Below, in pieces: positions 9,357 through 18,243 of a stretch of 43,378 nucleotides of DNA. Location: the NCBI GenBank assembly GCA_045536155.1, contig JAZSMZ010000067.1, forward strand, positions 1-43,378. The letters are read 5' to 3'. The position numbers were made by a program, and so were the translations under genes. The DNA is from Eubacteriales bacterium (lineage in GTDB: Bacteria; Bacillota; Clostridia; Oscillospirales; CAG-272). The notes beneath the pieces are model-generated. The model was not told the DNA's origin. It ran no database searches and was given only the letters and a program-made list of their open reading frames with translations. Every line of letters begins with the position of its first letter. Positions within the stretch are counted from its first letter, which is position 1.

Positions 9357-10097
9357 TTATAAATCAAGCTTACCGCTTTCGTATATTTTCTTTGCATCAT
9401 CCGACATCTCTCCGCCGAGATTCAAAAACAGCGGTCTCGGTACGATAAGCGAGGGTGCGGCGCCTTTTTTTGCCGATACAAGAAGGAGCGAGGGAGCGTG
9501 ATTTTCATCGGCACATACGAAGATCAGCTTTTTGGGCTCAAGCTTATTTTCTCTAAGAGTACAGAGCAGATCGACCATGCGGTCGGGGCGGTAAACAACG
9601 TAAAAATCGCCGCCGTCGCTTAGACATCTTGATGCGCATTCGCAAAAATCGTATATTCCGCCGTTGCGCTCGCGTCGGGCGATATCACGTCCGTCGTCGT
9701 CGCTTGATTTGCCGCTCCCCGTCTTCATATACGGCGGATTGGCAAACACGATGTCGCATTCAATCTTCACGTCACGCAGATCGGCTAAAACAGGCTCGAC
9801 GATACCGTCAAGCGAATTAAGACGGGCATTCCGTCCGATTATATCGGCAAATTTTTGCTGTATCTCAACAGCGTAGATCTTCTTAAAATGTCCTCTGGCC
9901 GCCGCAAGCAGAGCGATAACTCCCGTTCCGCTGCCAAGATCGACTGCAACTGCCCCTCTCGGCTTTTTGATAAATGAGGCCAGCAAGAGAGCATCACTGC
10001 CGAAGGTGAGTCCGCCTTTTTTCTGTATCAGTTTTAAATTGTCGTTGATCTCGGTAAGCGTTTCGTCGCTTAACAGTTCAAAAAGCTTTTCATCCAT
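9357..10097 (-). CDS. tRNA (adenine-N6)-methyltransferase (YfiC/TrmN6, YabB-like)
   Basis: SAM motif VDLGSGTGVIAL and N6-adenine motif FANPPYM. It sits next to rsmI, like the yabB-yabC pair of Bacillus. Confidence 0.7.
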   Translation of the reverse strand: MDEKLFELLSDETLTEINDNLKLIQKKGGLTFGSDALLLASFIKKPRGAVAVDLGSGTGVIALLAAARGHFKKIYAVEIQQKFADIIGRNARLNSLDGIVEPVLADLRDVKIECDIVFANPPYMKTGSGKSSDDDGRDIARRERNGGIYDFCECASRCLSDGGDFYVVYRPDRMVDLLCTLRENKLEPKKLIFVCADENHAPSLLLVSAKKGAAPSLIVPRPLFLNLGGEMSDDAKKIYESGKLDL

Positions 10098-10140
10098 AAT
10101 CTATGTAAATCTTTTTTGGTTTTATAAAAAATCATTTTAA

Positions 10141-10176
10141 AAAAATTGAGGTCAGAGCATAAAATCCCCGACCTCA
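10141..10176 (-). terminator. Rho-independent terminator of the ferredoxin gene
   Basis: gaggtcgggg...ctgacctc hairpin followed by a T-run on the minus strand. Confidence 0.7.
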
Positions 10177-10195
10177 TTTTTGAAATTGTCTCAAC

Positions 10196-10366
10196 TTATG
10201 CCTGAACAGGAGCGTCAACAGGGCAAGTATCAGCGCAAGCGCCGCAATCGATGCATTCGTCAGCGTTGATAACGTACTTACCGTCTGCCTCGGAAATAGC
10301 GTTTACGGGGCACTCTTCAGCACATGCACCACAAGCGACGCATTCATCAGTAATCTTATATGCCAT
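10196..10366 (-). CDS. fdx: Clostridial-type 2x[4Fe-4S] ferredoxin (56 aa, not in the ORF track)
   Basis: My translation is MAYKITDECVACGACAEECPVNAISEADGKYVINADECIDCGACADTCPVDAPVQA, with two CxxCxxCxxxCP motifs. A GGAGG RBS lies upstream. The listed + strand ORF 10251..10505 is its antisense shadow. Confidence 0.92.
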   Translation of the reverse strand: MAYKITDECVACGACAEECPVNAISEADGKYVINADECIDCGACADTCPVDAPVQA

Positions 10367-10401
10367 GATCAAAATACCTCCATTGGTTTTATTATGGCGT
10401 T

Positions 10402-10430
10402 ATTATATCACAGTTTTTTTCAAAAGTCAA
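10402..10430 (-). promoter_or_regulatory. SigA-type promoter for ferredoxin (TTGACT-17-TATAAT, TG-extended)
   Basis: Minus-sense sequence reads TTGACTtttgaaaaaaactgtgaTATAAT. Confidence 0.5.
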
Positions 10431-10527
10431 ACGATATATGTGAAAAATTGCAAATTTTTTATAAAATTAATGTGCCTCGGACTGCATTTTTATGTGTTTT
10501 TTTAAATATAATTGTCCGAAGGACGCT

Positions 10528-11199
10528 TTATATCTTAACAACGCTGTACTCGCTGCCCGAAACGATGATATGCGCTCTCATCAGTATGCCCATTATTTCG
10601 AACACCTCATGAAGCCTTCTCGTCAGCATAACGTCCTGCGGCTAGGGCTCGGTCGTGCCCGTGAGATGATTGTGAGAGAGAATAAATGACGATGCGCCGT
10701 ATTTTACCGCGATATCCATTATGGTACGGGGTGAAAAATAGACCGCCGACATATCGCCCGAATCGACGTCGACAGTATTGGTCATCTTGCCCTTTTCGTT
10801 GAAAACGAGCATATAGCATCTCTCGCTTTCCTCACCGATGAAAAGCTTTGTCAAAAATTCGCCCGAGCTTTCAATATCCTCGACGTTCTTTTCCGAAAGA
10901 TAGTTCTCAACCGCGAACTTCTTCCACAGCTGAGGTATCATCTTTATCAGCACCGCCGAGCTCTCGCCGATGCCCTTGACGGTGCACAGCTGATCGGTGC
11001 TTGCAGTGAACACGTTTGAAAGCGTGCCGAATTTGTCGAGCAATGCATGAGCGATCTCGTTGGTGTCCCTTCTCGGAATCGAGAAAAAGAGCAGAAGCTC
11101 AAGCACGTTGTGGTCCTCGAAATTGTCGACTCCCTCGTTTAAAAAGCGTTTGCGAAGTCTTTTTCTGTGATTGATGTGAGGATTTATCTTCTCTGCCAT
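10528..11199 (-). pseudogene. radC: RadC-like JAB/MPN-domain gene interrupted by one in-frame TAG (10642-10644)
   Basis: MAEKINPHINHRKRLRKRFL...HhH...ILSHNHLTGTTEP-TAG-PQDVMLTRRLHEVFEIMGILMRAHIIVSGSEYSVVKI*. The same frame continues through the amber codon into the conserved RadC C-terminus. Confidence 0.75.
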
Positions 11200-11269
11200 A
11201 CTAAAACAAATGCACAAATAAATCACTTTATTTGTGCATTTATCCTTTTGTTTTTTTAGCTTATATTTT

Positions 11270-11722
11270 TCAGCGCTTGTCTTTAAGCTCCTTGAGCTCC
11301 TTCATGAAGGTATCGACGTCCTTGAACTCGCGATAAACCGAAGCAAAGCGGACGTATGAAACCTCGTCGAGGCTGCGCAGGCGCTCCATAACCATAACAC
11401 CGATCTCGGTGGTGGTATGCTCGGTGGAAAGGGAGTTCGAAAGCTCGCTTTCGATCTCGCCGACAAGCTCGTCGATCTGAGCATCACTGACGGGACGCTT
11501 ATAGCATGCCTTCATAATACCGGTCTTGACCTTGTTGCGGTCGAATATCTCGTGTGTACCGTCCTTTTTGGTGACGATTACCGGTACGGTGTCAATAATT
11601 TCATATGTAGTATATCTCTTTTTGCAGGACAGACACTCGCGTCTGCGGCGGATAGACCCGCTGTCGGTCGGTCTGGAATCGATTACCTTGCTTTCCATAT
11701 AACCGCAATTAGGACACCTCAT
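11270..11722 (-). CDS. nrdR: Transcriptional repressor NrdR
   Basis: MRCPNCGYMESKVIDSRPTDSGSIRRRRECLSCKKRYTTYE zinc ribbon plus an ATP-cone. Confidence 0.95.
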   Translation of the reverse strand: MRCPNCGYMESKVIDSRPTDSGSIRRRRECLSCKKRYTTYEIIDTVPVIVTKKDGTHEIFDRNKVKTGIMKACYKRPVSDAQIDELVGEIESELSNSLSTEHTTTEIGVMVMERLRSLDEVSYVRFASVYREFKDVDTFMKELKELKDKR

Positions 11723-12011
11723 GCTTACCTCCGAGTGATAAAATGCTGTATTTTTGTCGCTTTAATGTATTACAATGATGCATATATTATTATAACACAG
11801 TATAAATATTTTGTAAAGTACATAAGCAAAATTATCTCATAAAAAATTGCTTTTTTGTACTTGTAACGGCATCAATTATTGTAAGTTTTCGCTGTTTTGT
11901 CTTATAAATATGCAGTCTAAATCACTTAGTTTACAATACCACATAGGTGCTTTTTTTAGTGTATTTGACCGATTTTTCTTGCTAAAACAGCCCTTTTTAA
12001 TAAATATCGCC

Positions 12012-12040
12012 TTGACAAGTGATTTGCTATTATGTATAAT
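12012..12040 (+). promoter_or_regulatory. Consensus SigA promoter (TTGACA-17-TATAAT)
   Basis: TTGACA at 12012-12017 and TATAAT at 12035-12040. The first plausible ATG (12048) is only 8 nt downstream. Confidence 0.5.
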
Positions 12041-12047
12041 TTATTGT

Positions 12048-13808
12048 ATGAATAATTTATTTTCTCGCGTACAAGATTTTAAAGACAAACACATCAAACA
12101 TGAGAAGTCTGTCAAGAAAGAAATTGAGGCCAAACGTCATCCTGCAATAATGAAGAATATACGCGATATTCTTTCAACCAGCGCTGATATGTTTGGCGAC
12201 CATCCTCTTTATATATTCAAGAGAGACGGTCAGGAGAACAGGGTTACCTATCGCGAATTCCGTGACATGGTAAACTATGTAGGCACCGGCTTTTCCGCCT
12301 ATGGACTCATGGGCAAAACCGTTGCGGTCATTGGCGATTGCTGCCCCGAGTATCTGGCTGCATATCATGCTGCCGTTGCGGGCAACGGTGTAATTGTTCC
12401 CATCGACCACGATCTTTCCGAAGAGGCCATCGTCGGATTCCTCAATTGGTCTGAGGCCGAAGCTCTCGTTTATACCGAGGCTTTCAACGGCAAGCTTCTT
12501 AAATTGGCAGATCAGCTTACCACAGTTAAATATTTCATACCCGTACACGGCGAAACACAGGAAGGAGATAATATCCTTCCCATGTCAAAGCTTATCAAAA
12601 GCGGACGTCACGCACTCAAAAACGGTGACCGCAGCTTTATCGATTGCAAGCCCATTATGGAAAAGATGTCAGTTCTTCTCTTCACATCGGGTACAACCGG
12701 CACAAGCAAAGGCGTTATGCTTTCGCACCGCAACTTAATTGCTGCTATAAACGCGTCTGTTCAGTCTACCGAATACGATGATGACGATGTTCTGGTCGAC
12801 CTTCTCCCTCTGCATCATTCTTACGAAATGACCTGCAGTCAGCTTTCGGCATCCGCCTGCGGAATGACTATCTATGTCAATGACGGTTTGAAAAACACAA
12901 TGCGTTCGATCAATGCAGCCAAGCCCACACTTTTGGTTGTCGTTCCCCTTTATATTGAAACAATGCGCAAGCGCATCTGGAACGAGATTGACAAAAAGGG
13001 CTTGCGCAAAAAGGTTGAGCTTGCAATGAAGCTCAGCGATACTGCCATGGCTGTCGGACTTGATCTGCGCGATAAAATATTTGCCCAGATCCGCAACTCG
13101 CTCGGAGGCAATCTCCGTTCGATCGTTTGCGGCGGTGCGCCTCTTGATCCCGATCTGGTCCGTGAATTTGACCGTTTCGGCATCGCTATCTTCGAGGGAT
13201 ACGGAATTACCGAATGCGCTCCCCTTGTTGCGTTCAACCGCGCAGGAAAGCGCCGTCCCGGATCTGTCGGTCAGCCCGTTTACGGATGTATGGTCCGCAT
13301 CGACAACGGCGGCGGAAACGAGCCCGGCGAAATACTTGTCAAGGGCGATAACGTCATGATGGGTTATTACAAAAACGAAGAAGCCACCCGCGAAGTGTTT
13401 ACCGAGGATGGCTGGTTCAGAACGGGCGACATCGGATACATTGACAGCGACAACTATGTTTATATAACCGGACGCAAAAAGAATGTTATCATTCTTTCGA
13501 ATGGTAAAAACGTCTTCCCCGAGGAGCTTGAAGAGCATCTTTCCCGCGAGGAAATCGTTTTGGAAACTGTTGTTGTTGCCCGCAAAAAGTATCAAAGTGA
13601 AGATATCGTTATAACCGCGATCATCTATCCCGATCCTGAGCTTACCAAGGGCATGACAAGTGAAGAGGAATTTGCAGCCGTTAAAGAGGCGGTAAACAGG
13701 GTTAACAAAAAGCTCCCCGTTTACAAGCAGATCCACGATATTGAGATTCGCGACACCGAGTTTGAAAAGACCACCACCAAGAAGATAAAGCGTTTTCTTG
13801 TTAAATAA
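12048..13808 (+). CDS. Long-chain fatty acid-CoA/ACP ligase (AMP-forming, FAA1/COG1022 type)
   Basis: LFTSGTTGTSKGVMLSHRNL P-loop, GYGITECAP, TGDIGYID..YVYITGRKKN. Start is 12048 (MNNLF) or 12150 (MKNIRD). The listed 11847 start is improbable. Confidence 0.85.
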   Translation: MNNLFSRVQDFKDKHIKHEKSVKKEIEAKRHPAIMKNIRDILSTSADMFGDHPLYIFKRDGQENRVTYREFRDMVNYVGTGFSAYGLMGKTVAVIGDCCPEYLAAYHAAVAGNGVIVPIDHDLSEEAIVGFLNWSEAEALVYTEAFNGKLLKLADQLTTVKYFIPVHGETQEGDNILPMSKLIKSGRHALKNGDRSFIDCKPIMEKMSVLLFTSGTTGTSKGVMLSHRNLIAAINASVQSTEYDDDDVLVDLLPLHHSYEMTCSQLSASACGMTIYVNDGLKNTMRSINAAKPTLLVVVPLYIETMRKRIWNEIDKKGLRKKVELAMKLSDTAMAVGLDLRDKIFAQIRNSLGGNLRSIVCGGAPLDPDLVREFDRFGIAIFEGYGITECAPLVAFNRAGKRRPGSVGQPVYGCMVRIDNGGGNEPGEILVKGDNVMMGYYKNEEATREVFTEDGWFRTGDIGYIDSDNYVYITGRKKNVIILSNGKNVFPEELEEHLSREEIVLETVVVARKKYQSEDIVITAIIYPDPELTKGMTSEEEFAAVKEAVNRVNKKLPVYKQIHDIEIRDTEFEKTTTKKIKRFLVK

Positions 13809-13838
13809 AAAACATTAATTTTTTCGGAGGATATCACC

Positions 13839-14069
13839 GTGTTTGAAAAGGTTAAAGAGATTTTGATTGAGGACCTTCAGTTGTCCGAAAGCGATATCAA
13901 AATGGAAGCTGAATTAATTTCCGATCTCGGCATCAATTCTCTCGAGCTCGCCGACCTCATTTTGATGTGCGAGGAAAAATTCAATATCGAGATCAAGGAT
14001 GACGACATCCACAAGTTCATCACCGTCGGTGACGTTGTCAACTACCTTACCGAGGTTTGCGCAAAATAA
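13839..14069 (+). CDS. Acyl carrier protein
   Basis: 76 aa, GTG start after GGAGGA, phosphopantetheine site DLGINSLE. Confidence 0.85.
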   Translation: MFEKVKEILIEDLQLSESDIKMEAELISDLGINSLELADLILMCEEKFNIEIKDDDIHKFITVGDVVNYLTEVCAK

Positions 14070-14197
14070 TTTTTACGACATATCATTCGCTGTAATTATA
14101 TTGGATAACTGATATTTTTACAGCGAATTATCTCGTTATTTTGCACTTTTTGTAACTCAACAAAAAAATTGGCAGTATTGGAGGAAAAGCGTTTATT

Positions 14198-14875
14198 ATG
14201 GATTTCTTTGCAAAATTCAGTATAGCTCTCGCCGTCATTTGTGCGGCAGTGCTTCTTGTCTGGCTCTTTTTCATAATCAAGCGCATGATCACCTCGAATA
14301 TGCTGCTTAATATGCCCGACCGAAGCGAAAAGACAGTTTTGAAGCTGCTTACCGTAAATTACAAATCGGACAAGCTTTTAAAGAACGTCGTATTTCCCTT
14401 CAATCTTTCGCCCGATTCAAAGCTTTTCCGCACCGATGCGATACTTGTAAACCGCGGCGGAATCCTTATCGTGACGATACGCAATATGCACGGCACTATC
14501 GAAAATCCTTTCCACGGCGATTGGAGACAATTTTACAACAACTCTATCATGCAGCTGCGCAACCCGCTCGAGCTCAATGCCGCCTACACCAAGGCGCTCA
14601 ATGCTCATCTGCATCACCGAGACATTGAAAACGTGCCGATAAACTCGATCGTTGTATATATCGACAACAAGACCAAGTTCAAAACGAAGATCTCGCAGAT
14701 CGTTTCCATCGACAGAATGCTCATGTATATTCACGACATGAACAACAATCATTTCCTTTCGATGGCCGAGCAGCGTAAAGTATCGGCGGCCCTTCGTGAT
14801 CTGGCCCGCAAGCCCAAAAAGATGCAAGGTCCCGCTAACTACAGAAGCAACGATCCAAGCAAGCGTCCTCAATAA
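14198..14875 (+). CDS. Membrane-anchored NERD-domain protein
   Basis: N-terminal TM helix, then TDAILVNRGGILIVTIRNMHGTI, which resembles the NERD core. Confidence 0.55.
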   Translation: MDFFAKFSIALAVICAAVLLVWLFFIIKRMITSNMLLNMPDRSEKTVLKLLTVNYKSDKLLKNVVFPFNLSPDSKLFRTDAILVNRGGILIVTIRNMHGTIENPFHGDWRQFYNNSIMQLRNPLELNAAYTKALNAHLHHRDIENVPINSIVVYIDNKTKFKTKISQIVSIDRMLMYIHDMNNNHFLSMAEQRKVSAALRDLARKPKKMQGPANYRSNDPSKRPQ

Positions 14876-14877
14876 CA

Positions 14878-14918
14878 AAAAAACAAAAGGAGGCATCGAA
14901 TCGATGCCTCCGATTTTT
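14878..14918. terminator. Bidirectional terminator
   Basis: ggaggcatcga-a-tcgatgcctcc palindrome flanked by an A-run and a T-run. Confidence 0.75.
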
Positions 14919-14925
14919 ATGCATT

Positions 14926-16128
14926 TTAGTCAGCAGCGTAGTTGGTGAAGTAACGCTGAATGAGAATGATGGGTGTTCCCTTGTCGCCGCTGCCAGAGGT
15001 GAGGTCACAAAGCGAACCGATAAGGTCGGTGAGTCGACGGGGAGTAGTTCCCTGAGTTGCCATTGTACCCTTGAGGTCGGCCTCTTTATTCTTGATGGAG
15101 TTCTTGATTGCCTCCTTGAGGTCTTCGCCGCTGAGATCAGCGAAATCGTTATCCGCAAGATATTTGAGCTTGAGCTCGTTGGGTGTGCCCTCAAGTCCCT
15201 TGGTGTATGCGGGAGAAACTACCGGGTCGGCAAGCTCCCAGATCTTACCTACGGGATCCTTGAATGCGCCGTCGCCGTATACCATTACCTCGAAACGCTT
15301 GCCGGTCTTTTCGTAAAGTCCTGCAGCAACGGCTGCAACGAACTCCTCGCAGTCGCGGGGGAAGAGCTTAACGGTGGTCTCGGTTGCCTTATTCGAGCCG
15401 AGCAGACCGTACGATGCATTGAATCCGCTACCGTTGACGGGTGCGGTCATAATGTCGTCGAGGCAAAGCACCTTGGCTCCTGCCTTTTCGAGTATGCGCT
15501 TCGAGCGTGCGCGGGTGTGGATATCACAGCAGAGCACGTTGTTTGTATAGTTAAGAATGGTCTTTACGTTGTTAGCGAAAATAACCTCAACATCGCATCC
15601 CTCGCCTCTGATAAGCGAAGAATAGTACTCAACGTAGTCAACGCCGGTAAAGGTGTGCTCTACACGTCCGAAAAGCTTACGGAACTGCTCTTCGGTGAGA
15701 ACGTCGGACCAGGGATTGACGTTTGCGTCATCAAGCTGATCAAGAGAGATAAGATGGTTACCAACCTCATCGGAAGGATAGCTGAGCATGAGGGTGATCT
15801 TTTTTACACCTCTTGCGATACCGCGAAGGCAGATCGCAAAGCGGTTACGGCTGAGTATGGGGAATACAACACCGATCTCGCCCTCCGGGAATTTTGCCTT
15901 AACGTCGGCCGCAATGTCGTCAACCGATACGTAGTTTCCCTGTGCGCGTGCAACAACCGCCTCTGTTACCGCAACAATATCACGGTCCTCAAACTGAATT
16001 CCGTCGAGTCTGTTTGCGTCCAATACAGATTCAACAACTATATTCGCCAGATTGTCGCCCTCTCTTATAATGGGAGCTCTGATTCCGCGGGATATAGTAC
16101 CGACAGCTGTCTTTTTATTTTCCTCCAT
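14926..16128 (-). CDS. CofE-like (F420-0:gamma-glutamyl ligase family, PF01996-like) protein
   Basis: GIRAPIIREGDNLANIVV...DRDIVAVTEAVVARAQG and the C-terminal DLTSGSGDKGTPIILIQ resemble CofE family motifs. ATG at 16128 lies 7 nt after GGAGGA; the track start at 16143 is a TTG. Confidence 0.5.
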   Translation of the reverse strand: MEENKKTAVGTISRGIRAPIIREGDNLANIVVESVLDANRLDGIQFEDRDIVAVTEAVVARAQGNYVSVDDIAADVKAKFPEGEIGVVFPILSRNRFAICLRGIARGVKKITLMLSYPSDEVGNHLISLDQLDDANVNPWSDVLTEEQFRKLFGRVEHTFTGVDYVEYYSSLIRGEGCDVEVIFANNVKTILNYTNNVLCCDIHTRARSKRILEKAGAKVLCLDDIMTAPVNGSGFNASYGLLGSNKATETTVKLFPRDCEEFVAAVAAGLYEKTGKRFEVMVYGDGAFKDPVGKIWELADPVVSPAYTKGLEGTPNELKLKYLADNDFADLSGEDLKEAIKNSIKNKEADLKGTMATQGTTPRRLTDLIGSLCDLTSGSGDKGTPIILIQRYFTNYAAD

Positions 16129-16396
16129 GACTAATTCCTCCAAAACAAATTACTTTTGTATTGTATCACTATTTATTGTTATTTTAAAGCAAATTTTGTG
16201 AACATATTATATTTTACCGCATTTTTTTGAAAAAACCACCCTATTTTTGATATATTTTTTTGATATGAAAGACGAAAATAATCGATTTTTAATAATTTTT
16301 CCCTTTTTATCGCCCGAATACGACCGACATTATTTGTACAGCATATTACACAGTTTTTAATTTTCCAATTTGTGGAAAATTTTATCCTCAATTGTA

Positions 16397-16425
16397 TTGA
16401 CATTTCTTCCAATTTATGGTATTAT
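16397..16425 (+). promoter_or_regulatory. SigA-type promoter upstream of spo0A (TTGACA-17-TATTAT, TG-extended)
   Basis: TTGACAtttcttccaatttatggTATTAT. Confidence 0.45.
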
Positions 16426-16530
16426 TATAGCAAGTTAAGACGTGAGCCGATAAAAAGCACGTACAAAAACAAAAAAATACATAAAAAGCGCGTAAAAACG
16501 GACGGCGCGCAAACGAAAGGAACCGGTAAA

Positions 16531-17313
16531 ATGAATAACGATATCAAAATTCTCATTGCGGACGAAAATGCAGAATTCCGCGCTAGTCTTAAGAATGCAC
16601 TCTATGCAAGAGGGGCGAAAACCGTATATGAGGCATCAAACGGTGACGACGCCCTCTTAATGATAAAGAAGACCCATCCCGACTTTGCCCTTATCGACAT
16701 CTGGCTTCCCAAAAAGGATTGCATCCGCCTCATGCGTGCCATGGAAAACGTGGATTTCACTCCCGATGCTCCTCCCTCCTTTATCCTGCTTTCCTCTGTT
16801 ACCAACAAGCTCATTTTCGACGAAGCCCTTGAGGCGGGAGTGGACTTTTGCATGACAAAGCCTCTTGACATGGACACTCTCGAGGAGAGAATGCTCCGCA
16901 TGCAGGCGATGAAAAATCCGTCGGTGCTGAGCCGCACGGTAAAGAAACCTCATCCCAACGATTTTGAAACCCAGGTCACCTCGATAATTCATCAGCTCGG
17001 CGTGCCCGCCCATATCAAGGGATACCAGTATCTCAGAACGGCGATCCTTCTGGCCATAAACGACAACTACATAATGGAATCTGTAACGAAGGATCTTTAC
17101 CCCGCCGTAGCCCGCAGCTACAATACAACTCCATCCCGCGTCGAGCGTGCCATCCGCCATGCGATAGAGGTAGCGTGGAATCGCGGCAACGTCGACACCA
17201 TCACATCCTATTTTGGATATACAATCCATTCAGAGCGCGGTAAGCCCACCAACAGTGAGTTCATTGCGATGATCGCCGACTGCGTCCGCCTGTCCAACAA
17301 AAAGGCTCAATAA
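16531..17313 (+). CDS. spo0A: Sporulation master regulator Spo0A
   Basis: Receiver domain (KILIADEN...[10 protein letters not shown]) plus the diagnostic Spo0A C-domain ([23 protein letters not shown]...[21 protein letters not shown]...[14 protein letters not shown]). Confidence 0.93.
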   Translation: MNNDIKILIADENAEFRASLKNALYARGAKTVYEASNGDDALLMIKKTHPDFALIDIWLPKKDCIRLMRAMENVDFTPDAPPSFILLSSVTNKLIFDEALEAGVDFCMTKPLDMDTLEERMLRMQAMKNPSVLSRTVKKPHPNDFETQVTSIIHQLGVPAHIKGYQYLRTAILLAINDNYIMESVTKDLYPAVARSYNTTPSRVERAIRHAIEVAWNRGNVDTITSYFGYTIHSERGKPTNSEFIAMIADCVRLSNKKAQ

Positions 17314-17347
17314 AATACCCTCACATATAAGAAATTGGCAAAACCCC

Positions 17348-17376
17348 TTGACAAATCTCTTAAACTGTGCTATGAT
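17348..17376 (+). promoter_or_regulatory. SigA-type promoter for tRNA-Lys (TTGACA-17-TATGAT)
   Basis: TTGACAaatctcttaaactgtgcTATGAT, about 24 nt upstream of the tRNA. Confidence 0.55.
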
Positions 17377-17399
17377 ATTTAGGCACTCGAAAAAGCTAT

Positions 17400-17475
17400 G
17401 ATTCATTAGCTCAGTCGGTAGAGCATTTGACTTTTAATCAAAGGGTCCGGGGTTCGAATCCCCGATGGATCACCA
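17400..17475 (+). tRNA. tRNA-Lys (anticodon UUU), CCA encoded
   Basis: Cloverleaf by hand: acceptor GATTCAT/ATGGATC, D-arm AGCTCAGTCGGTAGAGC, anticodon loop CTTTTAA, T-arm GGGGTTCGAATCCCC. Confidence 0.9.
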
Positions 17476-17509
17476 AAAATCCCGTACCGGTCTTCGGTAC
17501 GGGATTTTT
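17476..17509 (+). terminator. Rho-independent terminator after tRNA-Lys
   Basis: aaaaatcccgtaccg/cggtacgggattttt long stem plus T-run. Confidence 0.8.
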
Positions 17510-17550
17510 CTTAAACAACTTTTGTGTGACATATTTTAACGGAGGTAATC

Positions 17551-18243
17551 ATGCCTTTAATATCCTGCAAAAACTGTACCCTTGCATACGACAGCAACAT
17601 TCTGATAAAGGATCTCAGCTTTAGCGTCAATGCTGGCAATTATCTCTGTATCGTCGGCAAAAACGGTTCGGGTAAGAGCACGCTGATGCACGCTATTCTT
17701 GGACTGAAATCGCTTAACGGCGGCGAGATCGAATACGGTGACGGACTTACCAAAACGAGCATCGGATTTCTCCCTCAGCAGACCAACGTGCGCTTCGACT
17801 TCCCTGCATCGGTATTCGAGGTCGTGCTTTCGGGCTGCCGTTCATCGCATCTGCACCACACCGCTCACGATAAAAAGAATGCGGAAGACAAGCTCGAGCT
17901 TTTGGGAATATCTCATCTGAAAAAGCATCCCTTTGCCTATCTTTCGGGCGGTCAGCGCCAGCGCGTGCTTTTGGCGCGTGCCCTCTTTGCCACAAAAAAG
18001 CTTTTGCTGCTTGACGAGCCCACGTCGGGACTCGACCCGATGGCCACCGTCGAGCTTTACGACCTTATCGAAAAAATAAACAAAAGCGGCATCACCGTTA
18101 TAACGGTATCTCACGACCTTGCGTCGGCAATGAAATACGCATCGCACATTCTGCACCTCGGCGACGATTTCATCTTCTTCGGTACTACCGAGGAATACGA
18201 AAAGAGCGACGTCGGGCATTATTATCTCGGGAGCTGTGACTGA
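17551..18243 (+). CDS. Metal (Zn/Mn) ABC transporter ATP-binding protein
   Basis: Walker A GKNGSGKST, signature LSGGQRQRV, Walker B LLLLDEP. The stop overlaps the next start (TGATG). Confidence 0.85.
   Translation: MPLISCKNCTLAYDSNILIKDLSFSVNAGNYLCIVGKNGSGKSTLMHAILGLKSLNGGEIEYGDGLTKTSIGFLPQQTNVRFDFPASVFEVVLSGCRSSHLHHTAHDKKNAEDKLELLGISHLKKHPFAYLSGGQRQRVLLARALFATKKLLLLDEPTSGLDPMATVELYDLIEKINKSGITVITVSHDLASAMKYASHILHLGDDFIFFGTTEEYEKSDVGHYYLGSCD

Noticed and set aside
10642-10644. TAG in radC as evidence of genome-wide amber reassignment or pyrrolysine
   Set aside because: There is a single instance, no pyl genes or suppressor tRNA in the window, and the codon is one mutation away from Ser. The window is too small to infer a code change. 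It is kept only as a check under the radC finding.
12735-13736. 333-aa minus-strand ORF inside the FadD-like gene
   Set aside because: It is antisense to a gene with complete AMP-binding motifs, so it is a shadow ORF. The same reasoning applies to 26911..27753, 7663..8382, 8455..9147, 15517..16134, 16657..17229, 22120..22722 and 23476..23943.
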